This document shows positions 11,797 to 19,025 of a stretch of 37,051 nt of DNA, in pieces. The notes beneath the pieces are model-generated. The model made no database searches and had not been told where the DNA came from. It worked only from the letters and a program-made list of their open reading frames with translations. The position numbers and the translations under genes were made by a program. Source of the DNA: Mycobacteriales bacterium (GTDB lineage: Bacteria; Actinomycetota; Actinomycetes; JAFAQI01); contig DATBDO010000066.1 of NCBI GenBank assembly GCA_036269855.1, positions 1 through 37,051 on the forward strand, read 5' to 3'. How positions within the stretch are numbered: position 1 is the first letter of the stretch; every line of letters begins with the position of its first letter.

Positions 11797-13476
11797 CTAG
11801 AGGATGAGTGACTCGTCGGCCCGGCGCACCCAGGTCGCGAACGACTCGCCGTCGCCACGGTCGGTCGTGTAGTTGCGAAGCACGCGCTCGATGTAGTCGG
11901 GCAGCTCGGCCGAGGTCACTTTCAACCCGCGCAGCTTGCGGCCGAAGCCGGAATCGTCGCCGCCGATCGACCCGCCCAGGTGCACCTGGAAACCCTCACC
12001 GTCCTCGACGATCGACCCCTTCAAGCCGATATCGGCCGTCTGGAAGCGGGCGCAGGAGTTGGGGCAGCCGTTGAGGTTGATCGTGAGCGGGGTGTCGAAG
12101 TCCGGGAGGCGGCGTTCGAGTTCCTCGTAGAGCTCGACCGACCGCACCTTGGTCTCGACGATCGCAAGCTTGCAGAACTCGATGCCCGTGCACGCCATCG
12201 TTCCGCGCCGGAACACCGACGGCTGCACCCGCAGATCCCGTCGCTCCAGCTCCGCAACCAGGGCCTCGACCTGCGCGTCCGGCACGTCGCGCACGATGAT
12301 CTTCTGTTCCACCGACATGGCGACGTCACCACTGCCGTGCTGCGCCGCCAGCTCAGCGATCTCCGTGAGCTGCATGCCGCTGGTCCGGCCTGACTGCAAA
12401 GCGAACCCGACGTAGTTGCGACCGTCCTTCTGCTTGCGCACACCGACGTGGTCACGCGGACCGGAAGGTGGAAGAGGTGCGGGTCCGTCCTCGAGTGCGT
12501 GGCCGAGGTAGTCCTTCTCCAGCACTTCGCGAAACTTCTCCGGCCCCCAGTCGGCAACGAGAAACTTGAGTCGGGCCCGGTTGCGTGACTTGCGATAGCC
12601 GTAGTCGCGAAAGACCTTGGTGACGCCGGCCCACACTTCGGGCACCGCGTCGGGTTCGACGAAGACACCAAGCCGTTTGGCGAAGATCGGGTTGGTCGAC
12701 AACCCGCCGCCGACCCAAAGGTCGAAGCCCACTCTCTGCGAGCCGTTCTTGGCATCGTCGGCTCGCACGCCAACGAACGAGATGTCGTTGATCTCATGGC
12801 CGACGCACTGCACGGGGCAGCCGCTCACCGCGGTCTTGTACTTGCGTGGAAGGTTGGAGAACTCCTTGTTGCCCTCAGCCAGCCGGTTTGTTGCGAGCAA
12901 CGCTTCGGTGCCGTCGAGCACCTCGTCGGCGTCGACGCCGGCAAGTGGGCACCCGAGCATGTTGCGAGGGGTGTCACCGCACGCTTCCGCCGTCGACAGC
13001 CCGACGCCTTCGAGCCGCTCCCAGATCTCCGGCACGTCTTCGATGCGGATCCAGTGCAGCTGGATGTTCTGCCGGTCGGTGACGTCGGCGACGTCACGGC
13101 CGAACTCGGTGGCGATCGTGGCGATCGTGCGCAGCTGGGTGTTGCTCAGCCGGCCGCCTGGGATCCGCACCCGCAGCATGAAGAACTCGTCGTCGAGCTC
13201 CTCCGGCTCGAGGATCGCGGTCTTGCCGCCGTCGATGCCGGGCCGGCGCTGGGTGTAGAGGCCCCACCAGCGGAACCGGCCACGCAGGTCAGCGCCGTCG
13301 ATCGACGCGAAGCCGAGCTTGGAGTAGATGGTCTCGATCCGCTGGCGGACGTTGAGCCCGTCGTCGTCCTTCTTGGTCCGCTCGTTGGGGTTCAGGGGCT
13401 CGAGGTGGCCGAGCGCCCACTGGCCCTGGCCGGCGGTGCGCCGGGAAGGCCGGGGCCGCGCTGGCTGTTCGGACAT
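11797..13476 (-). CDS. sirA: Ferredoxin-dependent sulfite reductase (NirA/SirA type)
   Basis: The protein shows the duplicated nitrite/sulfite reductase fold. The siroheme/4Fe-4S Cys cluster is present (TGCPNSCARFQ-like NGCPNSCA and ACTGIEFCKLA). I trimmed the start to MSEQPARP at 13476, which has an upstream GAGAGG. Confidence 0.92.
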   Translation of the reverse strand: MSEQPARPRPSRRTAGQGQWALGHLEPLNPNERTKKDDDGLNVRQRIETIYSKLGFASIDGADLRGRFRWWGLYTQRRPGIDGGKTAILEPEELDDEFFMLRVRIPGGRLSNTQLRTIATIATEFGRDVADVTDRQNIQLHWIRIEDVPEIWERLEGVGLSTAEACGDTPRNMLGCPLAGVDADEVLDGTEALLATNRLAEGNKEFSNLPRKYKTAVSGCPVQCVGHEINDISFVGVRADDAKNGSQRVGFDLWVGGGLSTNPIFAKRLGVFVEPDAVPEVWAGVTKVFRDYGYRKSRNRARLKFLVADWGPEKFREVLEKDYLGHALEDGPAPLPPSGPRDHVGVRKQKDGRNYVGFALQSGRTSGMQLTEIAELAAQHGSGDVAMSVEQKIIVRDVPDAQVEALVAELERRDLRVQPSVFRRGTMACTGIEFCKLAIVETKVRSVELYEELERRLPDFDTPLTINLNGCPNSCARFQTADIGLKGSIVEDGEGFQVHLGGSIGGDDSGFGRKLRGLKVTSAELPDYIERVLRNYTTDRGDGESFATWVRRADESLIL

Positions 13477-13748
13477 GGCAGAAGGACCTCTCGTACGGCG
13501 AGCAGGAAGCGGGCGCGGTCTCAGATGGCGAGACAGATGGCGCTCGCCACGCGAAGCAGATCCACGTGGCGGCGGCAGAAGAACACCGCTCTGTTGCTCA
13601 CGCAACGAGTGTGTCACACTGGCTACATGTCCTCGACCGTGCTCCTGGTTGCGCGGCTGCATGTTGACCTGCAGCGCGTCCAGAGCGCGGTTTGTCGTAT
13701 GCGCTGATCTCTCAGCCCGCATCCGACTTCTTTTTCAGCGAGGACATC

Positions 13749-14489
13749 ATGACATCGGCGCTCGAGCTGTCGTATCTCCACGACGACGCCTCAGCCCTCC
13801 ACGACCTGTACGACGCCTCCGACGGTCTGCACCACCTGGCCGGGCATGCGGGCGCCGCGCTTGAAGGCGCGACCCCGCAGGAGGTGTTGCGGTGGGCCTA
13901 CGACCGGTTCGGCGAGCGCTTCGTCGTCGCCACGTCCATGGCGGAGTGCGTGCTCCCGCACATGGCGGCTCAGATCCGCCCCGGTGCGAAGGTCGTCTTC
14001 CTCGACACCGGCTACCACTTCGCGGAGACCCTGGGCACCGCGGACGCGGTCGAGTCGACCGTCGACATCCAATTGCTGCGGGTGCGCCCGGAGCAGACGG
14101 TGGCGGAGCAGGACGCGACCTACGGCAAGGACCTCTGGTCGCGCGACCCGGACCTCTGCTGCCGGCTGCGCAAGGTGCTGCCGCTGCGTCGCGCGCTCGC
14201 GCCGTACGTCGCCTGGGCGTCGGGCATCATGCGCGCCGAGACCGACGCTCGCAGGGGCATCGGCCTGGTGGAGTGGGACGGCACCAACGGTCTGGTCAAG
14301 GTCAACCCGCTCGCAGCATGGACGCAGGACGATGTCGACCGTTACGTGCAGGACAACGGGCTGCTGTCCAACCCACTGCTGTCGGAAGGCTACGGCTCGA
14401 TCGGTTGCGCACCATGCACCCGACGGGGCAACGGTCGAAGTGGCCGCTGGACCGGCACCGGCAAGGTGGAGTGCGGGATCCACGCCTGA
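13749..14489 (+). CDS. cysH: Adenosine 5'-phosphosulfate (APS/PAPS) reductase, Fe-S type
   Basis: It has a PAPS_reduct fold, the CC (DLCCRLRKV) and CxxC (GCAPC) Fe-S ligands typical of APS reductases, and the C-terminal KVECGIH motif. A GAGGA RBS precedes ATG 13749. Confidence 0.92.
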   Translation: MTSALELSYLHDDASALHDLYDASDGLHHLAGHAGAALEGATPQEVLRWAYDRFGERFVVATSMAECVLPHMAAQIRPGAKVVFLDTGYHFAETLGTADAVESTVDIQLLRVRPEQTVAEQDATYGKDLWSRDPDLCCRLRKVLPLRRALAPYVAWASGIMRAETDARRGIGLVEWDGTNGLVKVNPLAAWTQDDVDRYVQDNGLLSNPLLSEGYGSIGCAPCTRRGNGRSGRWTGTGKVECGIHA

Positions 14490-15136
14490 ACGGGCCGCCA
14501 TTGGTCGTCGCCGCGCATGGCAGCGCGGATCCGCGCTTCGCTGACGTCGTCGAAGCGATCGCGGCGCAGGTCCGCGCACGGCGACCGGGCATGGACGTAC
14601 GGGTCGGTTACCTCGAGCACGGCCCGCCGTCCATCGAAGACGTCACCGACAACACCTGCGTCGTCGTTCCGCTGTTGCTCGCGAGCGGTTACCACGTGCG
14701 GATCGATGTACCGGCCCAAGCACCGGCGGCGTTGCTCGCGGACGCAGTCGGGCCGGACTCACTTCTTGCCGAAGCGTTGGCGGATCGACTCGGCGAGGTC
14801 GGGTACGACGGCCGCTCGCCAGTAGTCATCGCAGCTGCCGGGTCGAGTGACAACCGTGCGCTCGACGACGTACGCCTCATGGCGGGTCACCTCAGCCGTC
14901 GGCTCGGAGTCGACGTCACAACGGCATTCGTGTCAGCGGGGTCACCACGACTAACCGAGGTGAGCCCCCGCGTGGTGTCGTCATACCTGCTCGCACCGGG
15001 CACGTTCCACGATGCCGTCGTCGCGGCCGGCGCGGGCGTGACCAGCCCCCCGATCGGCGCCCATCAAGCGGTCGCGCAGATCGTCCTCGACCGCTACGAC
15101 GCGACTCAGGTGCCGGGGCGGATCGCGCCGGCGTAG
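14471..15136 (+). CDS. sirB: Sirohydrochlorin ferrochelatase (CbiX/SirB family); start uncertain
   Basis: Two CbiX-like halves are visible (PLVVAAHGSADP... and PVVIAAAGSSDN...). It lies directly after cysH, as in mycobacterial sirA-cysH-che1. Start candidates are GTG 14471, CTG 14486 and TTG 14501. Confidence 0.8.
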   Translation: MRDPRLNGPPLVVAAHGSADPRFADVVEAIAAQVRARRPGMDVRVGYLEHGPPSIEDVTDNTCVVVPLLLASGYHVRIDVPAQAPAALLADAVGPDSLLAEALADRLGEVGYDGRSPVVIAAAGSSDNRALDDVRLMAGHLSRRLGVDVTTAFVSAGSPRLTEVSPRVVSSYLLAPGTFHDAVVAAGAGVTSPPIGAHQAVAQIVLDRYDATQVPGRIAPA

Positions 15137-16215
15137 TCGCTGCGGAAGGCGTAGCTCACGCGAACGTTGGCACCGGTGTAGGGCGCCTCGATCATGTTGC
15201 TGTTACCGACGTAGAGCCCGACGTGGTGCAAGTCGCTGCCGAAGAAGACGAGATCGCCGGGCTGTAGCTGATCGCGGCTGACGTGCTGGCCCTCGTTCCA
15301 CTGCGAACCGGTGTAGTGGTCGAGGTAGACGCCGGCCTTGCCCCAGACGTATTGCGTGAGGCCGGAACAGTCGAAGGAGTCGGGGCCGGCGGCACCCCAC
15401 TGATAGGGCTTGCCGATTTCCTTGTAAGCCCACTCGACGGCCACGCGCGCGCCGCCGGACCCGGTCACGACCGGCGACGACGTCGGCTGGCTGTAGAGCG
15501 CGGACACGGCCGCGGCGGCCGCCGCTCGCTCCGCAGCCAGGCGAGCGACTTCGCGTTCGGCCGCCAGCCGGGCGGCCCGCGCACGTGCAGCCGCGATGAT
15601 CTGACGCTGCCGCTCCTCGAGCTGTCCCAGGATCTGTTGGGCCTGATGCGCCGCGGCGACAACCGCGTCCCGGTCGGCCTGCATCTGCGTGGTCGAGTCC
15701 TGCTGCGCCTGCAGCGCCGCAGTCGCGGTGGCCTGGGCCTGCTCCTCGTCGCGCTGTGCGCCCGCGAGCCCGGCCAGCGTCTGGCTCTGGCTGTTGGCCA
15801 CGGCCTGCAGGGTCGTCATCTTGTCGAGGAACTCCTGCGGCGAGTCCGCCGTGACGCTCATGGTCGTGTCGAGCGTCTGGCCCTGGTAGGCCGCGACGGC
15901 AAAGGCCTGCACCGACTTCTGCATGCGGGCAAGCGTCCGCTGCGACGTCGCGAGCCGGTGCTGCGCCGACGCTGCGGACCGCTGGTCGGTTGCGAGCTGA
16001 AGCCGAGCCGCGTTGTAGCGCTCGGACGCGGCTTCGGCCTTGGCGTTGAGGGCGGTCAGCTGGTGATGAGCGGCGGCGATCCGCGCCTTGAGCGAGTCGG
16101 CGCTGGCCGGCGCACTGCTGACAACGGCACAGGTCGTCGCGAGTGCCACAAGGGAAACGACTGCGGATGCGAGTCGGAGAGAGCCAGAACGTCGAATGGG
16201 GCGGAGTGGCGCCAC
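15106..16215 (-). CDS. Secreted NlpC/P60 peptidoglycan endopeptidase with N-terminal coiled-coil (RipA-like)
   Basis: The C-terminal catalytic region is DCSGLTQYVW...HHVGLYVG...MIEAP (Cys-His). The N-terminal region is long, Ala/Gln-rich and helical. The signal peptide is VAPLRPIRRSGSLRLASAVVSLVALATTCAVVSSAPASA. I chose GTG 16215 downstream of a GAAGGAG SD; the track start at 16242 lies inside the riboswitch. Confidence 0.88.
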   Translation of the reverse strand: MAPLRPIRRSGSLRLASAVVSLVALATTCAVVSSAPASADSLKARIAAAHHQLTALNAKAEAASERYNAARLQLATDQRSAASAQHRLATSQRTLARMQKSVQAFAVAAYQGQTLDTTMSVTADSPQEFLDKMTTLQAVANSQSQTLAGLAGAQRDEEQAQATATAALQAQQDSTTQMQADRDAVVAAAHQAQQILGQLEERQRQIIAAARARAARLAAEREVARLAAERAAAAAAVSALYSQPTSSPVVTGSGGARVAVEWAYKEIGKPYQWGAAGPDSFDCSGLTQYVWGKAGVYLDHYTGSQWNEGQHVSRDQLQPGDLVFFGSDLHHVGLYVGNSNMIEAPYTGANVRVSYAFRSDYAGAIRPGT

Positions 16216-16239
16216 AGGCCGGCGTGCTCCTTCTTCCGT

Positions 16240-16385
16240 CACCCCGCCTACCGGGTTAGCTGTCGGGTTCGGGCGCGGAAGAACAGTTTCGCCCTACGGT
16301 CCCGTCGCCTACTTCGGCGGCGGCACCGACTCACCCCAAGGGGAACGTGGGTCCCCGGCTCCATCTGATGGACTCGGCGGTTCCG
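16240..16385 (-). promoter_or_regulatory. Cyclic-di-AMP riboswitch (ydaO/yuaA motif) in the leader of the NlpC/P60 gene
   Basis: The minus strand reads CCGCCGAGUCCAUCAGAUGGAGCCGGGGACCCACGUUCCCCUUGGGGUGAGUCGG...GUAGGCGACGGG...CGCCCGAACCCGACAGCUAACCCGGUAGGCGGGGU. It carries the conserved ydaO blocks as I recall them: GGGGACCCA, GGGGUGA(A/G)UC, and CCGAAxCCGACAGCUAACCxxGUAxGCG. This class is known upstream of actinobacterial cell-wall hydrolase genes. Confidence 0.85.
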
Positions 16386-16483
16386 TCCCGCCGCCCGGCC
16401 TCGGTTGGCCGGCAGGTCACGAAACGGTTGCGATGACCGTAGCGGTCGGGTGCAGCAGGGACAAGCATCGCCACGATCGGCGC

Positions 16484-16954
16484 ATGTCGCTTTCACCCAT
16501 GTGGCTCAACCCGATCGGCGTCGTACAGGGCGGGCGGGTGACACCTGAGGACGACCATTGGGCCGGGACGAAAACCGTCATTGAGATCGATCCGGTCGCT
16601 TTCGGGACCGACGCGGTGGCCGGTCTCGACGCGTTCTCCCATCTCGAGATCGTCTACGCGTTCCACCTCGCCCGGGCGGAGGACGTGACGACGGGCGCCC
16701 GGCACCCGCGCGGGCGATCGGATTGGCCGCTGGTCGGCATCTTCGCGCAGCGCGGAAAAGACCGGCCGAACCATCTCGGGGTCAGTCGCTGCCGGCTGCT
16801 GCGGGTCGACGGTCTGCACCTCCATGTCGCCGATCTGGACGCGATCGACGGCACCCCGGTGCTCGACGTGAAGCCGTGGATGGCCGAGTTCGGCCCGCGT
16901 GGAGATGTGCGGCAGCCGGAGTGGGCGGGCGAGCTGATGCAGACCTATTACTAG
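16484..16954 (+). CDS. trmO: TsaA/TrmO-like tRNA methyltransferase (UPF0066/YaeB family)
   Basis: The blocks PIGVV..G, FSHLEIVYAFH, RPNHLGVSRCRLLRV, LHVADLDAIDGTPVLDVKP and a C-terminal extension are present. I trimmed the start to ATG 16484; ATG 16498 is an alternative. Confidence 0.85.
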   Translation: MSLSPMWLNPIGVVQGGRVTPEDDHWAGTKTVIEIDPVAFGTDAVAGLDAFSHLEIVYAFHLARAEDVTTGARHPRGRSDWPLVGIFAQRGKDRPNHLGVSRCRLLRVDGLHLHVADLDAIDGTPVLDVKPWMAEFGPRGDVRQPEWAGELMQTYY

Positions 16955-16965
16955 GGTTCGCAATC

Positions 16966-17874
16966 GTGACCGTCTCGGCCTCCGCGACCGCCCGCTCCGA
17001 ATACGTCGACCTCGACGGACAGATGCACTATCTCGACTACGGCGGCAACGACCGCGGTCCGCTCGTCGTCTGCGTACACGGGCTGGGTGGCGCGGCGTGG
17101 AACTGGTCAGCCCTCGCACCGCTGCTCACCGCCGACGTCCGGATCCTGGCACCGGACCTGGCCGGCCACGGCTACACCGCCGCCGCCGGGCGTCGTACGA
17201 CGGTCCCGGCCAACCGGCGGCTCCTCGAGCGGTTTCTCCGCGAGGTCGCCGGCGAGCCCGTCGTCCTGGTCGGTAACTCGATGGGTGGCGCGATCAGCGC
17301 GCTGCAAGCCGCCGCCACGCCCGAGCTGGTCCGCGGGGTGGTGCTGATCGACCCGGCGCTGCCGCGGCCGTTGCTCTCACCGATCGACGCGCGGGTGGCC
17401 GCCAGCTTCGCCATGGTCGCGCTGCCCGGGCTCGGCGAGGCTGTGCTCGCCCGACGGCGTCGCACCGTCACGGCGGAGCGCGTGGTCCAGGAAACGTTGG
17501 CCTTGTGCTGCGTCGACCCGAGCCGGGTCCCGGCCGACGTGGTCGCGACGGCCATCGACATGGCAAAGCGTCGCGGCCGCGACCGCGACGCCGGGCCTTC
17601 GTTCCTGCTGGCCGCCCGCTCGGTGGTGAAGCTGCTCACCCGACCCCAGCGGTTGAACGCCGCCCTCGACGCGATCGAGGCGCCGGTGCTGCTCATCCAT
17701 GGCGCCAAGGACCGACTGGTGCCGGTCCGGGTGGCGCGGGCAGTTGCGGCCGCGCACCCGGACTGGCAGCTCGAGGTCGTCCAAGACGTCGGTCACGTCC
17801 CGCAGCTGGAGGCTGCGGCATGGACCGCCGACACGGTTCGCGCGTGGTTGCGCGAAAAGGCCCTCGTCAGCTGA
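16966..17874 (+). CDS. Alpha/beta hydrolase
   Basis: It has the oxyanion region VVCVHGLGG, the nucleophile elbow GNSMGG, and a C-terminal HG...D..GH arrangement (IHGAKD...DVGHVPQLE). The GTG start lies 12 nt after the trmO stop. Confidence 0.85.
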   Translation: MTVSASATARSEYVDLDGQMHYLDYGGNDRGPLVVCVHGLGGAAWNWSALAPLLTADVRILAPDLAGHGYTAAAGRRTTVPANRRLLERFLREVAGEPVVLVGNSMGGAISALQAAATPELVRGVVLIDPALPRPLLSPIDARVAASFAMVALPGLGEAVLARRRRTVTAERVVQETLALCCVDPSRVPADVVATAIDMAKRRGRDRDAGPSFLLAARSVVKLLTRPQRLNAALDAIEAPVLLIHGAKDRLVPVRVARAVAAAHPDWQLEVVQDVGHVPQLEAAAWTADTVRAWLREKALVS

Positions 17875-18901
17875 CGACGAGCCGGCGCCTGCGGCCGAAC
17901 ATCGTGGCGGTCACGCCGATCATCGCCAGGGCGAGCGCGACGACCGCGGAACGCTCGGCATCGGCTCCGGTGAATGGCAACGAAGCCTGCGCCGGGGTTG
18001 CCGCCGGCGCGCGAGCGCCACTGGACCGGCCGCCACCGCGATTGGCGGCTTGAGAGGGTGCCGGCAGCTCCGGCGTGCCCGCGGCCCCGCCGGACGACGC
18101 CGAGCCACTGATCGTGCCCGTGAGCGAACCGCCACCCACGTCGAAGGTGGCGACGTCGGAGGCCGCGGACGTGACCCCGTTCTTGCCCGTGCCCCCGCTG
18201 GCGGTCAAGCAGAGCAGGTTGAGGACGGGCGACAGGTCCAGCTTGCAGGCGCCGTTGGCCTGGTCGCTCGAGCCGATCTCGTTGTCGTTGACCACGAGCA
18301 GGTCGGAGTGTCCCTTGCCGGTGCTGTGGGCCTCACTGTGGAGCACCTTGATGTCGAGCATCCCTAGAGCGCTGACCTCGGCGCCGTCGCTCTGGGCGTC
18401 GCCGGTCGAGGCGTCGGGAGTCCAGGTCGCATCGGACTGCGAGTGCAGCAGCCAGAGCTCGACGAGGTCCGCCACCTTCGCGTGAGCGAGCGCGGCCTCC
18501 GCATGGGACTGGTAGCCACCGCCGGCGTTGGCGACCTTTGCGCTCCAAGGGGCCACCTCGGCATCACCGATCGGTGTGTCACCGGTGCCGATGAGGTTGC
18601 CGGTCTTGGAGCCGGTGCCCTGCTGCGAGCCGCCCGAGATCTGGTTGCCGAGGACCGTCAGGGCGTCCGCGTCGGCGCTGCCGCCACCGGAGCCGGCGTG
18701 GGCCTTGGTCTTGCCCACGGAGACGACGCCGTCGACCTCGGCGGCGACGGCTGAGGCGTCGCCCGGTGGCGCCGGCGTACTGACTGTCGTGCCGCCGTTG
18801 CCCGACGCGCTCGCGAGCGCGGTCGCGGCGAGCCCGGCAGGCATGCCGAGCACGGGGGTGAGGGCGAGCGCGATCGTCGCCCGCCGGATGGTCTTACGCA
18901 C
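17867..18901 (-). CDS. LPXTG-type cell-wall-anchored surface protein of unknown domain
   Basis: AAGGAGG lies 5 nt before GTG 18901. The signal peptide is VRKTIRRATIALALTPVLGMPAGLAATALASA. The C-terminus has LPFTG, a hydrophobic segment, then RRRR. Confidence 0.75.
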   Translation of the reverse strand: MRKTIRRATIALALTPVLGMPAGLAATALASASGNGGTTVSTPAPPGDASAVAAEVDGVVSVGKTKAHAGSGGGSADADALTVLGNQISGGSQQGTGSKTGNLIGTGDTPIGDAEVAPWSAKVANAGGGYQSHAEAALAHAKVADLVELWLLHSQSDATWTPDASTGDAQSDGAEVSALGMLDIKVLHSEAHSTGKGHSDLLVVNDNEIGSSDQANGACKLDLSPVLNLLCLTASGGTGKNGVTSAASDVATFDVGGGSLTGTISGSASSGGAAGTPELPAPSQAANRGGGRSSGARAPAATPAQASLPFTGADAERSAVVALALAMIGVTATMFGRRRRLVVS

Positions 18902-19025
18902 CTTTTCCTCCTTCGCCCCCGGCCGCGACTCTCTGCGGCCAGCTGAGGACCTGCTTACCCTACGTAATGGTAACAAAACCCTATGTAGGGTGCCAGGCAG
19001 GTATTTGGTGCGTATCGGACGTCAG

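Noticed and set aside
13892-14470. N-terminal 190 codons of the 414-aa ORF that contains sirB
   Set aside because: This part overlaps cysH out of frame and has an Arg/Gly/Pro-rich nonsense composition. CbiX homology begins near PLVVAAHGS.
16088-16483. N-terminal part of the 288-aa ORF that contains trmO
   Set aside because: It overlaps the NlpC/P60 5' end and the riboswitch on the opposite strand. TrmO homology begins at MSLSPMWLNPIG.
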